Source: an uncultured virus (IMG/VR IMGVR_UViG_3300009507_000010) (Duplodnaviria > Heunggongvirae > Uroviricota > Caudoviricetes). Taken from it: a DNA stretch of 64,000 bases. A program made the position numbers and the translations under genes. The DNA is taken from IMG/VR virus record IMGVR_UViG_3300009507_000010; one strand, 5' to 3'. Below, one piece after another: positions 47,871-56,546 of this stretch (position 1 is its first letter; every line of letters begins with the position of its first letter). The notes below the pieces were generated by a model. That model did not search any database and was not told the origin of the DNA. It saw only the letters and a list, made by a program, of their open reading frames with translations.

Positions 47871-49616
47871 ATGAGCTGGAAAAAATATTTTACACCTGTA
47901 CCAACAGGAAATCAAGAAGGAACATATAGCCCGTTAGGTAACGGCGCTAATGCTAGTCGACCAGGGCCGGCACGTTCAAATTATTCAAGCTACTTACCAG
48001 ATGTATATACTGGTAGTCCAAATCGTGTTGAACGCTATGGTCAGTACGAAACAATGGACAGCGACAGTGAAGTTAATGCTGCACTAGACATTTTAGCAGA
48101 ATTTTGCACACAAAAGAATACAAGCAATAAAACTCCATTTGCTTTAGACTTTAAAGAAAAAGCTACGAATTCTGAAATTAGAATTCTAAAGCAGTACTTA
48201 CAGCAATGGAGTAAGTTACAAAACTTCGAAACTCGCATTTTCCGTATATTACGTAATGTATTCAAATACGGTGATGCATTTTTTATTAGAGATCCAGAAA
48301 CTAAAAAATGGTTTTATGTTGATCCAGCAAAAGTTACTAAAATCATTGTTAATGAAAGTGAAGGCAAAAAGCCTGAGCAGTATGTTGTTAAAGACCTTAA
48401 CATTAATTTTGGCAACTTAGTTGCTACTACACTAAGCACTGATCCGGGCGGATCAACTAGTTCTGGTCATTCAGGATACTTCCAAGGCGGCGCGAAAGGT
48501 ATGGCAGGTTCTGCTCCAAGTAGCGCATCAACTGGTTCACGTTTTGAAACATCACAACAAGAAGTTGCAGTTGATGCTGAACACGTTGTGCATTTAAGTT
48601 TATCAGAAGGACTAGACAACAACTATCCATTTGGTAACAGTTTACTTGAAACAATCTTTAAAGTATACAAGCAAAAAGAATTGCTTGAAGATGCTATTAT
48701 TATCTATCGTGTACAACGTGCGCCAGAACGTAGAGTATTTTATGTAGACGTAGGCAACATGCCAAGTCACCTTGCTATGAACTTTGTTGAACGTGTTAAG
48801 AACGAAATTCATCAAAGACGTATTCCGTCACAAACAGGCGGCGGCACTAATGTTATTGACAGTAGTTACAATCCGTTGTCAATCAACGAAGACTACTTCT
48901 TTCCACAAACAGCTGAAGGACGTGGTTCTAAAGTTGAAACACTGCCGGGCGGTACTAACCTTGGAGAGATTGACGATCTCAAATACTTTACTAACAAACT
49001 AGTACGTGGACTGCGTATTCCTAGTAGCTACTTACCTACAGCAGCAGATGACGGACAAAGTCAGTTTAGTGACGGTCGTGTAGGAACAGCATACATTCAA
49101 GAGCTACGCTTTAATACCTACTGCGAACGCTTACAGAGCTTAGTACAAAGCAAGTTTGATGAAGAATTTAAATTATATATTCTTGAAAAAGGCGTAAATG
49201 TTGATACTAGTGTGTTTGAACTAGGATTTCAACCTCCTAAGAACTTTGCAAGCTATCGTCAAGCAGAACTAGATAACAACCGTATTGGTACATTTACACA
49301 GTTACAACAGATTCCTTATATGAGCCAACGTTTTGCACTACAGCGTTTCTTAGGTCTTAGCGACGAAGAAATTGCAGAAAATGAAAGACTATGGCGAGAA
49401 GAAAATGATGAAAATCTAAATCTTCCAACTGATGCTAGCGGTGAACTAAGAAGCGCAGGCATCAGTGCAGGTGCTATTAGTGCAGACTTAGGAGCAGCCG
49501 AAACAGCAGCACCTGATGCAGAAGCAGCACCTGAAGCTGGCGCACTAGGTGATACAGGTGAAACTCCAGCAGCTGGCGCAGCGCCAACAGGTCCTGGCCC
49601 TGGCGAAAACGTATAA
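47871..49616 (+). CDS. gp20: Portal vertex protein, T4 gp20-like
   Basis: 581 aa; LLEDAIIIYRVQRAPERRVFYVDVGNMP, EDYFFP..AEGRGSKVETLPGGTNLGEIDD.KYF..KL.RGLRIPSS. Confidence 0.95.
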   Translation: MSWKKYFTPVPTGNQEGTYSPLGNGANASRPGPARSNYSSYLPDVYTGSPNRVERYGQYETMDSDSEVNAALDILAEFCTQKNTSNKTPFALDFKEKATNSEIRILKQYLQQWSKLQNFETRIFRILRNVFKYGDAFFIRDPETKKWFYVDPAKVTKIIVNESEGKKPEQYVVKDLNINFGNLVATTLSTDPGGSTSSGHSGYFQGGAKGMAGSAPSSASTGSRFETSQQEVAVDAEHVVHLSLSEGLDNNYPFGNSLLETIFKVYKQKELLEDAIIIYRVQRAPERRVFYVDVGNMPSHLAMNFVERVKNEIHQRRIPSQTGGGTNVIDSSYNPLSINEDYFFPQTAEGRGSKVETLPGGTNLGEIDDLKYFTNKLVRGLRIPSSYLPTAADDGQSQFSDGRVGTAYIQELRFNTYCERLQSLVQSKFDEEFKLYILEKGVNVDTSVFELGFQPPKNFASYRQAELDNNRIGTFTQLQQIPYMSQRFALQRFLGLSDEEIAENERLWREENDENLNLPTDASGELRSAGISAGAISADLGAAETAAPDAEAAPEAGALGDTGETPAAGAAPTGPGPGENV

Positions 49617-49632
49617 GAGGATAAATAATTAC

Positions 49633-49872
49633 ATGATACTTAGAGAACTCTTTTACTTTGATAAAGACACATTAGAAATGAGTAATGACGGACGTTATAC
49701 TCCTGAAAACGATTCTGATGTGATCAAAAAAAGTGACACACGCAAAACACGATTAACTCTAGAACAGATTAATCAATTGCGTGTTGCTTCTGACCTACAC
49801 GAACAAGAAAAAGAAGCAGAGCTAGAGTTTGTTAGACAAATGTACGGCGTACCAGCACAGCCAGGTATGTAA
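49633..49872 (+). CDS. Small conserved head-cluster protein
   Basis: Likely start ATG 49633 (MILRELFYFD..., 79 aa) just after the portal stop and a TAAATA; DTRKTRLTLEQINQLR motif. Confidence 0.7.
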   Translation: MILRELFYFDKDTLEMSNDGRYTPENDSDVIKKSDTRKTRLTLEQINQLRVASDLHEQEKEAELEFVRQMYGVPAQPGM

Positions 49873-50474
49873 TGTTATCCTTTGTATTAGGTAACGGAAA
49901 CTCACGAAAAGAATTTAATGTAAAGCACTACAAGCAATATGGAAACATATATGGCTGTAATGCAATTTATCGCGACGAATTAGTTGACTATCTAGTTGCA
50001 GTAGATCCACCCATGGTTCAAGAGATAATTGACAATAAGGCTCATCTTTTAACCAAGTTCTATACTAGAGAACATAGGCGCTTTACTGAAATTCCCAATA
50101 TAAACATTATTCCAAAACGACTAGGATGGAGTAGCGGTCCTACAGCATTATGGCTTGCTAGTCATAATAAATCATCAAGTATCTGTTTAGTAGGATTTGA
50201 TTTTCAAAGTAATATAAATACTATTAATAACATATACAGCGGAACTAAAAACTACAAGCCTACAGAAAGCCCAGCAACCTATTTTGGCAACTGGATTAAG
50301 CAGGTACAACTAACTGTTAGGGATAATCCTAACATAAATTATTATAGGTTAATAACGAAAGAACATAGGTTTACACCCCCGGAATTATTAAGATATCCTA
50401 ATTTTTCCAATATCACATACGAAAAATTGCTTGAAAAATTTAAAATGGCTCGTTTTGAGCCTATTTCAGAGTAG
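49872..50474 (+). CDS. Putative transferase with sialyltransferase/MptE(DUF115)-like Rossmann fold
   Basis: 200 aa; FVLGNGNSR, YGCNAIYRD..D.LVAVD, WSSGPTAL.LA, ICLVGFD, NNIY.GT.NY. Confidence 0.5.
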   Translation: MLSFVLGNGNSRKEFNVKHYKQYGNIYGCNAIYRDELVDYLVAVDPPMVQEIIDNKAHLLTKFYTREHRRFTEIPNINIIPKRLGWSSGPTALWLASHNKSSSICLVGFDFQSNINTINNIYSGTKNYKPTESPATYFGNWIKQVQLTVRDNPNINYYRLITKEHRFTPPELLRYPNFSNITYEKLLEKFKMARFEPISE

Positions 50475-50540
50475 TTTATTGTATAGATAGTAAATACTTA
50501 TTGACAGCCTTGTAATATTACGAACATATAGGAGAGAACA

Positions 50541-51311
50541 ATGACTGATCGTACAAAATTTGAAAAAATGCTTGAACTCCTTATCAACGAAGACCGTGAC
50601 GCAGCTGAAGAGCTATTTCACGAGATTGTTGTAGAGAAATCAAGAGATATTTATGAAGGTCTACTAGAAACTGATCTAGAAGACGAAGACATCGACGAAG
50701 CTACTGATGAAGAAGCGGATGAAGATGAAGAAGCAGTTGAAGAATCAACTGACGAAGAATTAGACGAATTTGAAATCGAAGCTGGAGATCCAGCAGACGA
50801 TATGATCGCTGACATCGAAATGGGTGATGGCGATGATGAAGAGGCAGATATGGACGACGAAGGCGACGAAGGCGAAGAAGCTGGAGAAGAAGAAATCGAA
50901 GACCGTATTGAAGACCTCGAAGATGCCCTAGACGAGCTATCAAGAGAATTCCAAGCAATGCTCGGCGGTGACGAAGAAGCACCAGCTGATGACATGGAAG
51001 GCGACATGGCAGACATGGGCGACGAAGCAGGTGAAGATGACATGGAAGAAGAATCTTTCGAGTTTGAATCAACTGAAACAGACGGCGAACAGCTAGACGA
51101 GTACACGCAAAAAGTTGCTGAGCCAAAAGGCGAAGACAACAAAGCAACATCACCAGTAGCTAAAAAGAACGATATGGGCGGCACTGCTGCAAACATCGCA
51201 AAAGGTTCTGCAGAAGAAAAGGGCAGCAAAGCTGCTGCTGCTAAAGTAGACGATGCTGGCAATGTAAATAAATCAGGTAACGCAAAAGCACCTGGTTACT
51301 CAAAAGCGTAA
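50541..51311 (+). CDS. Highly acidic prohead core/scaffold-like protein
   Basis: 256 aa, long Asp/Glu tracts; TAAATA at 50491 and AGGAG RBS; between portal and prohead protease. Confidence 0.65.
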   Translation: MTDRTKFEKMLELLINEDRDAAEELFHEIVVEKSRDIYEGLLETDLEDEDIDEATDEEADEDEEAVEESTDEELDEFEIEAGDPADDMIADIEMGDGDDEEADMDDEGDEGEEAGEEEIEDRIEDLEDALDELSREFQAMLGGDEEAPADDMEGDMADMGDEAGEDDMEEESFEFESTETDGEQLDEYTQKVAEPKGEDNKATSPVAKKNDMGGTAANIAKGSAEEKGSKAAAAKVDDAGNVNKSGNAKAPGYSKA

Positions 51312-51330
51312 GCCTAAGGAGAACTTGAAG

Positions 51331-51954
51331 ATGAATGTACTCCAAGAGAATTTGACATTTGATCAAGCGAATATGATCGTTGAGACTGCTGAAGAAGGAA
51401 AAGATCTTCACATGAGCGGTATCTTCATCCAAGGTGGTGTAAGAAATGCCAATCAGCGTGTTTATCCTGTAAACGAAATCGGCAGGGCTGTCAAAACTCT
51501 TAACGAGCAGATCGAGGGGGGATATTCAGTTCTTGGCGAAGTAGATCATCCGCAAGGTCTTAATGTAAACTTAGATCGTGTAAGCCATATGATCACAAAA
51601 ATGTGGATGGATGGCCCAAACGGTTATGGAAAACTAAAACTTATTCCAACACCAATGGGGTCTCTAGTAAAAACAATGCTAGAGGCCGGTGTTAAACTTG
51701 GTGTAAGTTCGAGAGGTTCCGGGAACGTAAGTGAAGACGGTTCCGGAGAGGTTAGCGACTTTGAAATTATTACAGTTGATGTAGTTGCTCAACCAAGTGC
51801 TCCAGGTGCCTACCCTACACCAATTTATGAGCATCTTATGAATACCACGGGTGGGTATAAGGCATTTAGAACAGCACAAGAACTTAGGGAAGATACTAAG
51901 GCACAACAATATCTTAAGAATCAGTTGGTGAATATCATCAACGGGCTCCGATAA
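51331..51954 (+). CDS. gp21: Prohead core protease, T4 gp21-like
   Basis: GIFIQG.VRNANQRVYP, LGEVDHP, VSHMI, GVSSRGSG, DVVAQPSAPGAY; ATG 51331 fits RBS spacing better than TTG 51325. Confidence 0.93.
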   Translation: MNVLQENLTFDQANMIVETAEEGKDLHMSGIFIQGGVRNANQRVYPVNEIGRAVKTLNEQIEGGYSVLGEVDHPQGLNVNLDRVSHMITKMWMDGPNGYGKLKLIPTPMGSLVKTMLEAGVKLGVSSRGSGNVSEDGSGEVSDFEIITVDVVAQPSAPGAYPTPIYEHLMNTTGGYKAFRTAQELREDTKAQQYLKNQLVNIINGLR

Positions 51955-51968
51955 ACGAGGAGAAACAC

Positions 51969-53066
51969 ATGTTGGACGCATTAAAATCACTATTTGAAAA
52001 CAATGTTGTTTCCGAAAGCGTGAGAGCGGAAATTGAAGAAGCGTGGAATGCAAAAGTTTCAGAAGCAAAGCAAAGTGCAGTGTCAGAACTGCGTGAAGAG
52101 TTTGCTCAGAAATATGCGCATGACAAGAACGTTATGGTAGAAGCTATCGATAAGTTAGTTGAAGACCGTCTTCAAATTGAAATTTCAGAGTTTGCAGAAG
52201 ACCGCAAACAGTTAGCTGAAGCAAAAGCAAAGTATGCAGTAGCAATGCGTGAAAACGCAGATCTACTAAAAGGCTTTGTAGTAGAATCACTAACTAAAGA
52301 AGTTTCAGAGTTACACGAAGATCAGAAAGTTATGGCTGAAAAATATGGTCAACTTGAAGAATTTGTAGTAGAAGCTCTAGCTAAGGAAATTGCAGAATTT
52401 CATACAGACAAAAAAGATCTAGCAGAAACTAAAGTTGCATTGATAAGAGAAGCGAAGGCTCAGTTTGCAAAAGTAAAAACTACTTTTGTTAAAAAGAGTT
52501 CAGCTCTTGTTGCAGAAACAGTGGCAAAATCACTTAACAAAGAGATTAAAACACTGAAAGAAGATATCGATTCAGCACGTAGTAACGACTTCGGTCGTAA
52601 GATCTTTGAAGCGTTTGCATCAGAATACAATAACAGCTACCTTAATGAGAAATCAGAGGCAGCTAAACTTCTTAGAGTACTAAGTAAAAAAGACTTAGAG
52701 CTTGCAGAAGCGAAAGCAGCTATTGTAGAAAAAACTGCTTTGGTTGAAAGCAAACAGCGAGAAATTGCAGAAGCTAACAGCCAAATGATGCGAAAAGAAA
52801 AGCTTCAAGAACTCCTAGGCCCACTTAACGGTGAGCAAAAGGAAATTATGACAGACTTACTGGAATCAGTTCAGACTGCACGCCTAACAGCACAGTTTGA
52901 AAAGTACCTACCGGCGGTAATTGACGGTAAAACTCCAGCGAAGAAGAAGGCACTGACAGAAGGCAAAGAAATCACAGGCAACAAAGTTAATACTAGTATC
53001 AGTAGTGCAAAAGGCGAAACAGAAAATAATATTTTCGATATTCGTCGATTAGCAGGAATCAAATAA
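51969..53066 (+). CDS. gp22: Prohead scaffolding protein, gp22-like
   Basis: 365 aa coiled-coil, Glu/Lys/Ala-rich, many L-x-E sites, between protease and major capsid gene. Confidence 0.8.
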   Translation: MLDALKSLFENNVVSESVRAEIEEAWNAKVSEAKQSAVSELREEFAQKYAHDKNVMVEAIDKLVEDRLQIEISEFAEDRKQLAEAKAKYAVAMRENADLLKGFVVESLTKEVSELHEDQKVMAEKYGQLEEFVVEALAKEIAEFHTDKKDLAETKVALIREAKAQFAKVKTTFVKKSSALVAETVAKSLNKEIKTLKEDIDSARSNDFGRKIFEAFASEYNNSYLNEKSEAAKLLRVLSKKDLELAEAKAAIVEKTALVESKQREIAEANSQMMRKEKLQELLGPLNGEQKEIMTDLLESVQTARLTAQFEKYLPAVIDGKTPAKKKALTEGKEITGNKVNTSISSAKGETENNIFDIRRLAGIK

Positions 53067-53079
53067 GGAGAACATGAAA

Positions 53080-54246
53080 ATGTCAGAACTACTAGAAAGC
53101 CGCTGGTCGGACACTAAATCAGCACTGCTCGAAGGCCTAGAAGGCAATCGTAAGTCAGTAATGGCTGTTACACTTGAAAATACTCGCAAGTATTTGTCAG
53201 AGAGTGCTACAGCAGGTGCTACCTCCGCCGGTAACGTCGCAACTCTTAACAGAGTTATTTTACCCGTCATCAGACGTGTAATGCCAACAACAATCGCAAA
53301 CGAATTAGTTGGTGTTCAGCCTATGACAGGACCAGTGGGCCAAATCCACACACTAAGAGTACGCTATGCTGATTCAGCAACAGGTGTAACAGCAGGTGAA
53401 GAAGCTCTATCACCATTCAAGATTGCTCAAGGTTACTCAGGTAACGATGCAGCTGATCCAGATGGTAAAGCTAACAACACTGCAACACTTGAAGGTGCAG
53501 CAGGTAAGCGTATGTCAATTCAGATCTTGAAACAGACTGTTGAAGCAAAGTCACGCAAGCTATCAGCTCGCTGGACATTTGAAGCAGCTCAAGACGCACA
53601 GTCAATGCAAGGCATTGATGTCGAAGCTGAAATCATGGCAGCTCTTGCACAAGAGATTACAACTGAAATTGATCAGGAAATCTTAAACAGTCTACGTTCA
53701 TTAGCAGGAACAGCTTCAGAGACCTTTAACCAGGCTGCTGTAAGTGGTACTGCTACTTTCGTTGGTGACGAGCATGCTGCATTAGCTGTTCTAATCAACC
53801 GTCAGGCTAACAAAATCGCACAACGCACTCGTCGTGGTGCAGGTAACTTTGCTGTTGTATCGCCATTCGCGTTAACAGTATTGCAGTCTGCAACTACTTC
53901 TGCGTTTGCACGTACTACTGAAGGTACATTTGAAGCACCAACAAACACTAAGTTCGTTGGAACATTGAACAATGCAATGAAAGTATATGTTGATACATAC
54001 GCTTCTGATGCAACTGACGTTCTTGTTGGCTACAAAGGTTCTTCAGAATCTGATGCTGCTGCATTCTACTGCCCATACATCCCATTGATGTCAAGCGGTG
54101 TTGTACTAGATCCAGATACATTCGAGCCAGTAGTTAGCTTCATGACACGTTATGGTTATGTTGAACTAAACAACACTGCATCGTCACTAGGCAATGCAGC
54201 AGACTACGTCGAGCGTGTTGCGATTTCGAACGTAAGCTTCAGCTAA
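53080..54246 (+). CDS. gp23: Major capsid protein, T4 gp23-like
   Basis: LPVIRRVMP..IANELVGVQPMTGPVGQIHTLR, VEAKSRKLSARWTFEAAQD, AAFYCPYIPL, FMTRYG; ATG 53080 (alternative 53074). Confidence 0.96.
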   Translation: MSELLESRWSDTKSALLEGLEGNRKSVMAVTLENTRKYLSESATAGATSAGNVATLNRVILPVIRRVMPTTIANELVGVQPMTGPVGQIHTLRVRYADSATGVTAGEEALSPFKIAQGYSGNDAADPDGKANNTATLEGAAGKRMSIQILKQTVEAKSRKLSARWTFEAAQDAQSMQGIDVEAEIMAALAQEITTEIDQEILNSLRSLAGTASETFNQAAVSGTATFVGDEHAALAVLINRQANKIAQRTRRGAGNFAVVSPFALTVLQSATTSAFARTTEGTFEAPTNTKFVGTLNNAMKVYVDTYASDATDVLVGYKGSSESDAAAFYCPYIPLMSSGVVLDPDTFEPVVSFMTRYGYVELNNTASSLGNAADYVERVAISNVSFS

Positions 54247-54266
54247 GTTTTATTTTATATAAAACG

Positions 54267-54295
54267 AAAATAGCACCTTCGGGTGCTATTTTTTT
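54267..54295 (+). terminator. Rho-independent terminator after the major capsid gene
   Basis: AAAATAGCACC-TTCG-GGTGCTATTTT followed by further Ts. Confidence 0.9.
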
Positions 54296-54343
54296 GACTA
54301 AATTTTAATGATTTTACGGATGACTTTTAGGTACAAATATGTT

Positions 54344-54349
54344 TAAATA
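54344..54349 (+). promoter_or_regulatory. Putative late promoter for pqqA
   Basis: TAAATA between the capsid terminator and the pqqA RBS. Confidence 0.45.
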
Positions 54350-54392
54350 GTAATGTAGTAAATTTTTATTAACTTAATTTATGGAGTACACT

Positions 54393-54464
54393 ATGTGGAC
54401 AACACCGAAAGCAACAGAGATGAGATTCGGCTTCGAAGTAACGATGTATGTGATGAACAAGTAA
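54393..54464 (+). CDS. pqqA: Pyrroloquinoline quinone precursor peptide PqqA
   Basis: Manual translation MWTTPKATEMRFGFEVTMYVMNK (23 aa) with the W..P and GFEVTMY (E-x-x-x-Y) PqqA signature; GGAG RBS at 54383-54386. Confidence 0.93.
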   Translation: MWTTPKATEMRFGFEVTMYVMNK

Positions 54465-54525
54465 CAACATTACCAGAAGTAGATATGAGCAAGCTAATAG
54501 AAACATTAGATTGTGAGTAAAACAT

Positions 54526-54550
54526 AGCCCGCATATTAGCGGGCTTTTTT
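54526..54550 (+). terminator. Rho-independent terminator after pqqA
   Basis: AGCCCGC-ATATTA-GCGGGCT followed by TTTTT. Confidence 0.85.
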
Positions 54551-54581
54551 GTCTGCATATAATGCTTTCAGTCGATATGGA

Positions 54582-54671
54582 TAAATACTTTTGTTATAGA
54601 GATATCCTCTATTGCGAGGAATTATGCGGAAACCCGCCGCGTAGACCTAGAACGTCAAAAAGGAGAAAACA
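54582..54671 (+). promoter_or_regulatory. Late promoter plus structured 5' leader
   Basis: TAAATA 54582-54587; hairpins TCCTC/GAGGA, TATGCGG/CCGCGTA and GAC-CTAGAAC-GTC directly before the AGGAG RBS. Confidence 0.55.
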
Positions 54672-55088
54672 ATGGGACGTCCACTTAATAAAAGATACTT
54701 CGGAGAACCAACTGCCGGAGGAAACGAAATCAAAGTACAATTTCACAATGGAACAGCTAGTGTAAACGGCTGGATCGTTAAACAAAAAGGTTCAAAAAAA
54801 TTCTTATGCTCAGACGGAACTGTCGAAGCAACATGTGTACTAGTTGACAAAGCATCAGGCGCAGTAGCAGCTGGTGAAATGACTATTACAGTACTTGACG
54901 GTGCAACACCACGTCAGGTAACAAAGATTGCTGCACACAAAGTAACAATGGATAACGGTTTAACTATTAACTGGGACTTCACTGGAACTGGTGCAACTGT
55001 TGAAATGGAAGAAGCAGGCGATGATGCTGTTATCGACAATGTAGGCGTTGATGAAGACGACTTCGAAGGCGATGACCCAGCACCATAA
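54672..55088 (+). CDS. Hypothetical virion protein (possible head decoration)
   Basis: 138 aa, strong AAGGAG RBS, late promoter; MGRPLNKRYFG...GWIVKQKGSKKF. Confidence 0.6.
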   Translation: MGRPLNKRYFGEPTAGGNEIKVQFHNGTASVNGWIVKQKGSKKFLCSDGTVEATCVLVDKASGAVAAGEMTITVLDGATPRQVTKIAAHKVTMDNGLTINWDFTGTGATVEMEEAGDDAVIDNVGVDEDDFEGDDPAP

Positions 55089-55116
55089 GCTGATATTTTC
55101 AATATAAGGAATCATA

Positions 55117-56199
55117 ATGTTAAGACTAGTTAGTGTACCCGATGGCGACTATAAATTAAAAACTAAACCAGGTGGAAAGATCACACTCGATCCAGGCGCA
55201 TCTGGTAACGTAGTCGTTGATGGTAATTTAACTGTAACAGGTAACACTACTACAGTTAATTCTACTATCACAACGATTAAAGACCCTATAATAACTTTAA
55301 ACGAAGGTGATCCGGGCACACAAGGAGCTATAAGTTTTAGAAAAGCCGGTTTGCACATTAATAGAGGTAATGGCATTCCGGACACTTATATAGTCCACGA
55401 CGAAGACGTAACATTCACTGATCCTTATACTGGAGCACAATCATACGGTGTTATTAACTTTTTCCAAGAATCGTTTACAGGCGGCGGAACAAGAATAGAA
55501 ACTTCTGTTCCATTAAAGACACAAAGTATTGTTATTACCCCTGGAACTAAATTTTTATTCCAAGGTCTAGGTAGTACAGGTGTACTTGAAGTAGATAGTG
55601 CAGCATATGCAGAATCTATTGATCCTAGAGCATCGGGTTGGTTTACAAACGATGACGATAAAATACTTGCTAACAAAGGTTATGTAGATTGGAAAATTGT
55701 TGACTATCTAAACATAACTGGTGTACCTACAATTTCTAGTACGCTTGCTGATCCAATTACATTTGCACCAATCTCTACTACTGCGATAACAGTTAAACAA
55801 GAAGGTGTTAACTGGACGCAGAATAGTGAAATTGAAATGACTATCGATGATGTTTCTGCTTTTAGAGCATCGAATGAAGATGGTTTTGAATTTTACAATG
55901 CTATTGATGCACAAGGACTTAGAATAAAAGGTTACGATAGCGGAACATTAATCGAAAGTATGGGATCAAACTCGGATCTTACACTAACAGTTAGTGGTTC
56001 AGGAAGCATACGCATACTAGATGATTTATTAATGGTTAAGAATAGCAGCGAGCCTGCACTTCCTCCTCCGGGCACTGGAACTAAGTTATACGGTGGAGAA
56101 ATAGGCGGAGGCGGCACTGGCTTGTATGCTGCAACTGAAGAAGGCAGAGACGAGTTAGCAAGCAGACGAAAGGCAATCATTTACGGATTGTTGTTTTAA
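55117..56199 (+). CDS. Putative virion structural/fibre protein
   Basis: 360 aa; GNLTVTGNTTTVNS...IKDPIITLN fibre motif also present in the 1971-aa fibre. Confidence 0.6.
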   Translation: MLRLVSVPDGDYKLKTKPGGKITLDPGASGNVVVDGNLTVTGNTTTVNSTITTIKDPIITLNEGDPGTQGAISFRKAGLHINRGNGIPDTYIVHDEDVTFTDPYTGAQSYGVINFFQESFTGGGTRIETSVPLKTQSIVITPGTKFLFQGLGSTGVLEVDSAAYAESIDPRASGWFTNDDDKILANKGYVDWKIVDYLNITGVPTISSTLADPITFAPISTTAITVKQEGVNWTQNSEIEMTIDDVSAFRASNEDGFEFYNAIDAQGLRIKGYDSGTLIESMGSNSDLTLTVSGSGSIRILDDLLMVKNSSEPALPPPGTGTKLYGGEIGGGGTGLYAATEEGRDELASRRKAIIYGLLF

Positions 56200-56210
56200 G
56201 GGATATAAAA

Positions 56211-56543
56211 ATGGCTATAAAAAATGTAAGAATAAGCACTACTAACGCAACAGAAGTTTTGCTCAATGATCAAGCTGTAGGCGGCGGTAATGATATAGCT
56301 GTTACTATAATGATTTTGTGCAATACATCTGCTAGCACAGACGTAACAGTTGATCTACACGTTGTTGCTGCTGGTGATGCAGCAGGAGAAGACAATCAAA
56401 TAATGAAAGATTTGTCGATTCCAGCAGGCGAAAGTTTTAGTTTAGATACTGAAAAATTTGTTATGGAAGAGAATGACGGAATTCAAGTTGTTGCTAGTAC
56501 TGCAAACGTAGTTACAGTGACCTCTAGTTACGTGAGGGTATAA
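56211..56543 (+). CDS. Small beta-rich virion structural protein
   Basis: 110 aa; ILCNT...VTVDLHVV...LSIPAGESF...EKFVMEEND.I.V. Confidence 0.55.
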   Translation: MAIKNVRISTTNATEVLLNDQAVGGGNDIAVTIMILCNTSASTDVTVDLHVVAAGDAAGEDNQIMKDLSIPAGESFSLDTEKFVMEENDGIQVVASTANVVTVTSSYVRV

Positions 56544-56546
56544 AGA

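Noticed and set aside
49549..49632. N-terminal extension of the 107-aa ORF
   Set aside because: Overlaps the portal C-terminus; ATG 49633 follows the portal stop and late-promoter motif
50651..51262. 203-aa Ser-rich and 150-aa minus-strand ORFs
   Set aside because: Antisense shadows of the Asp/Glu-rich core protein (GAA/GAC codons read as Ser/Leu/Arg)
54562..54765. 67-aa ORF spanning the leader and start of the 54672 gene
   Set aside because: Starts upstream of the late promoter, no RBS, overlaps a well-supported gene in another frame
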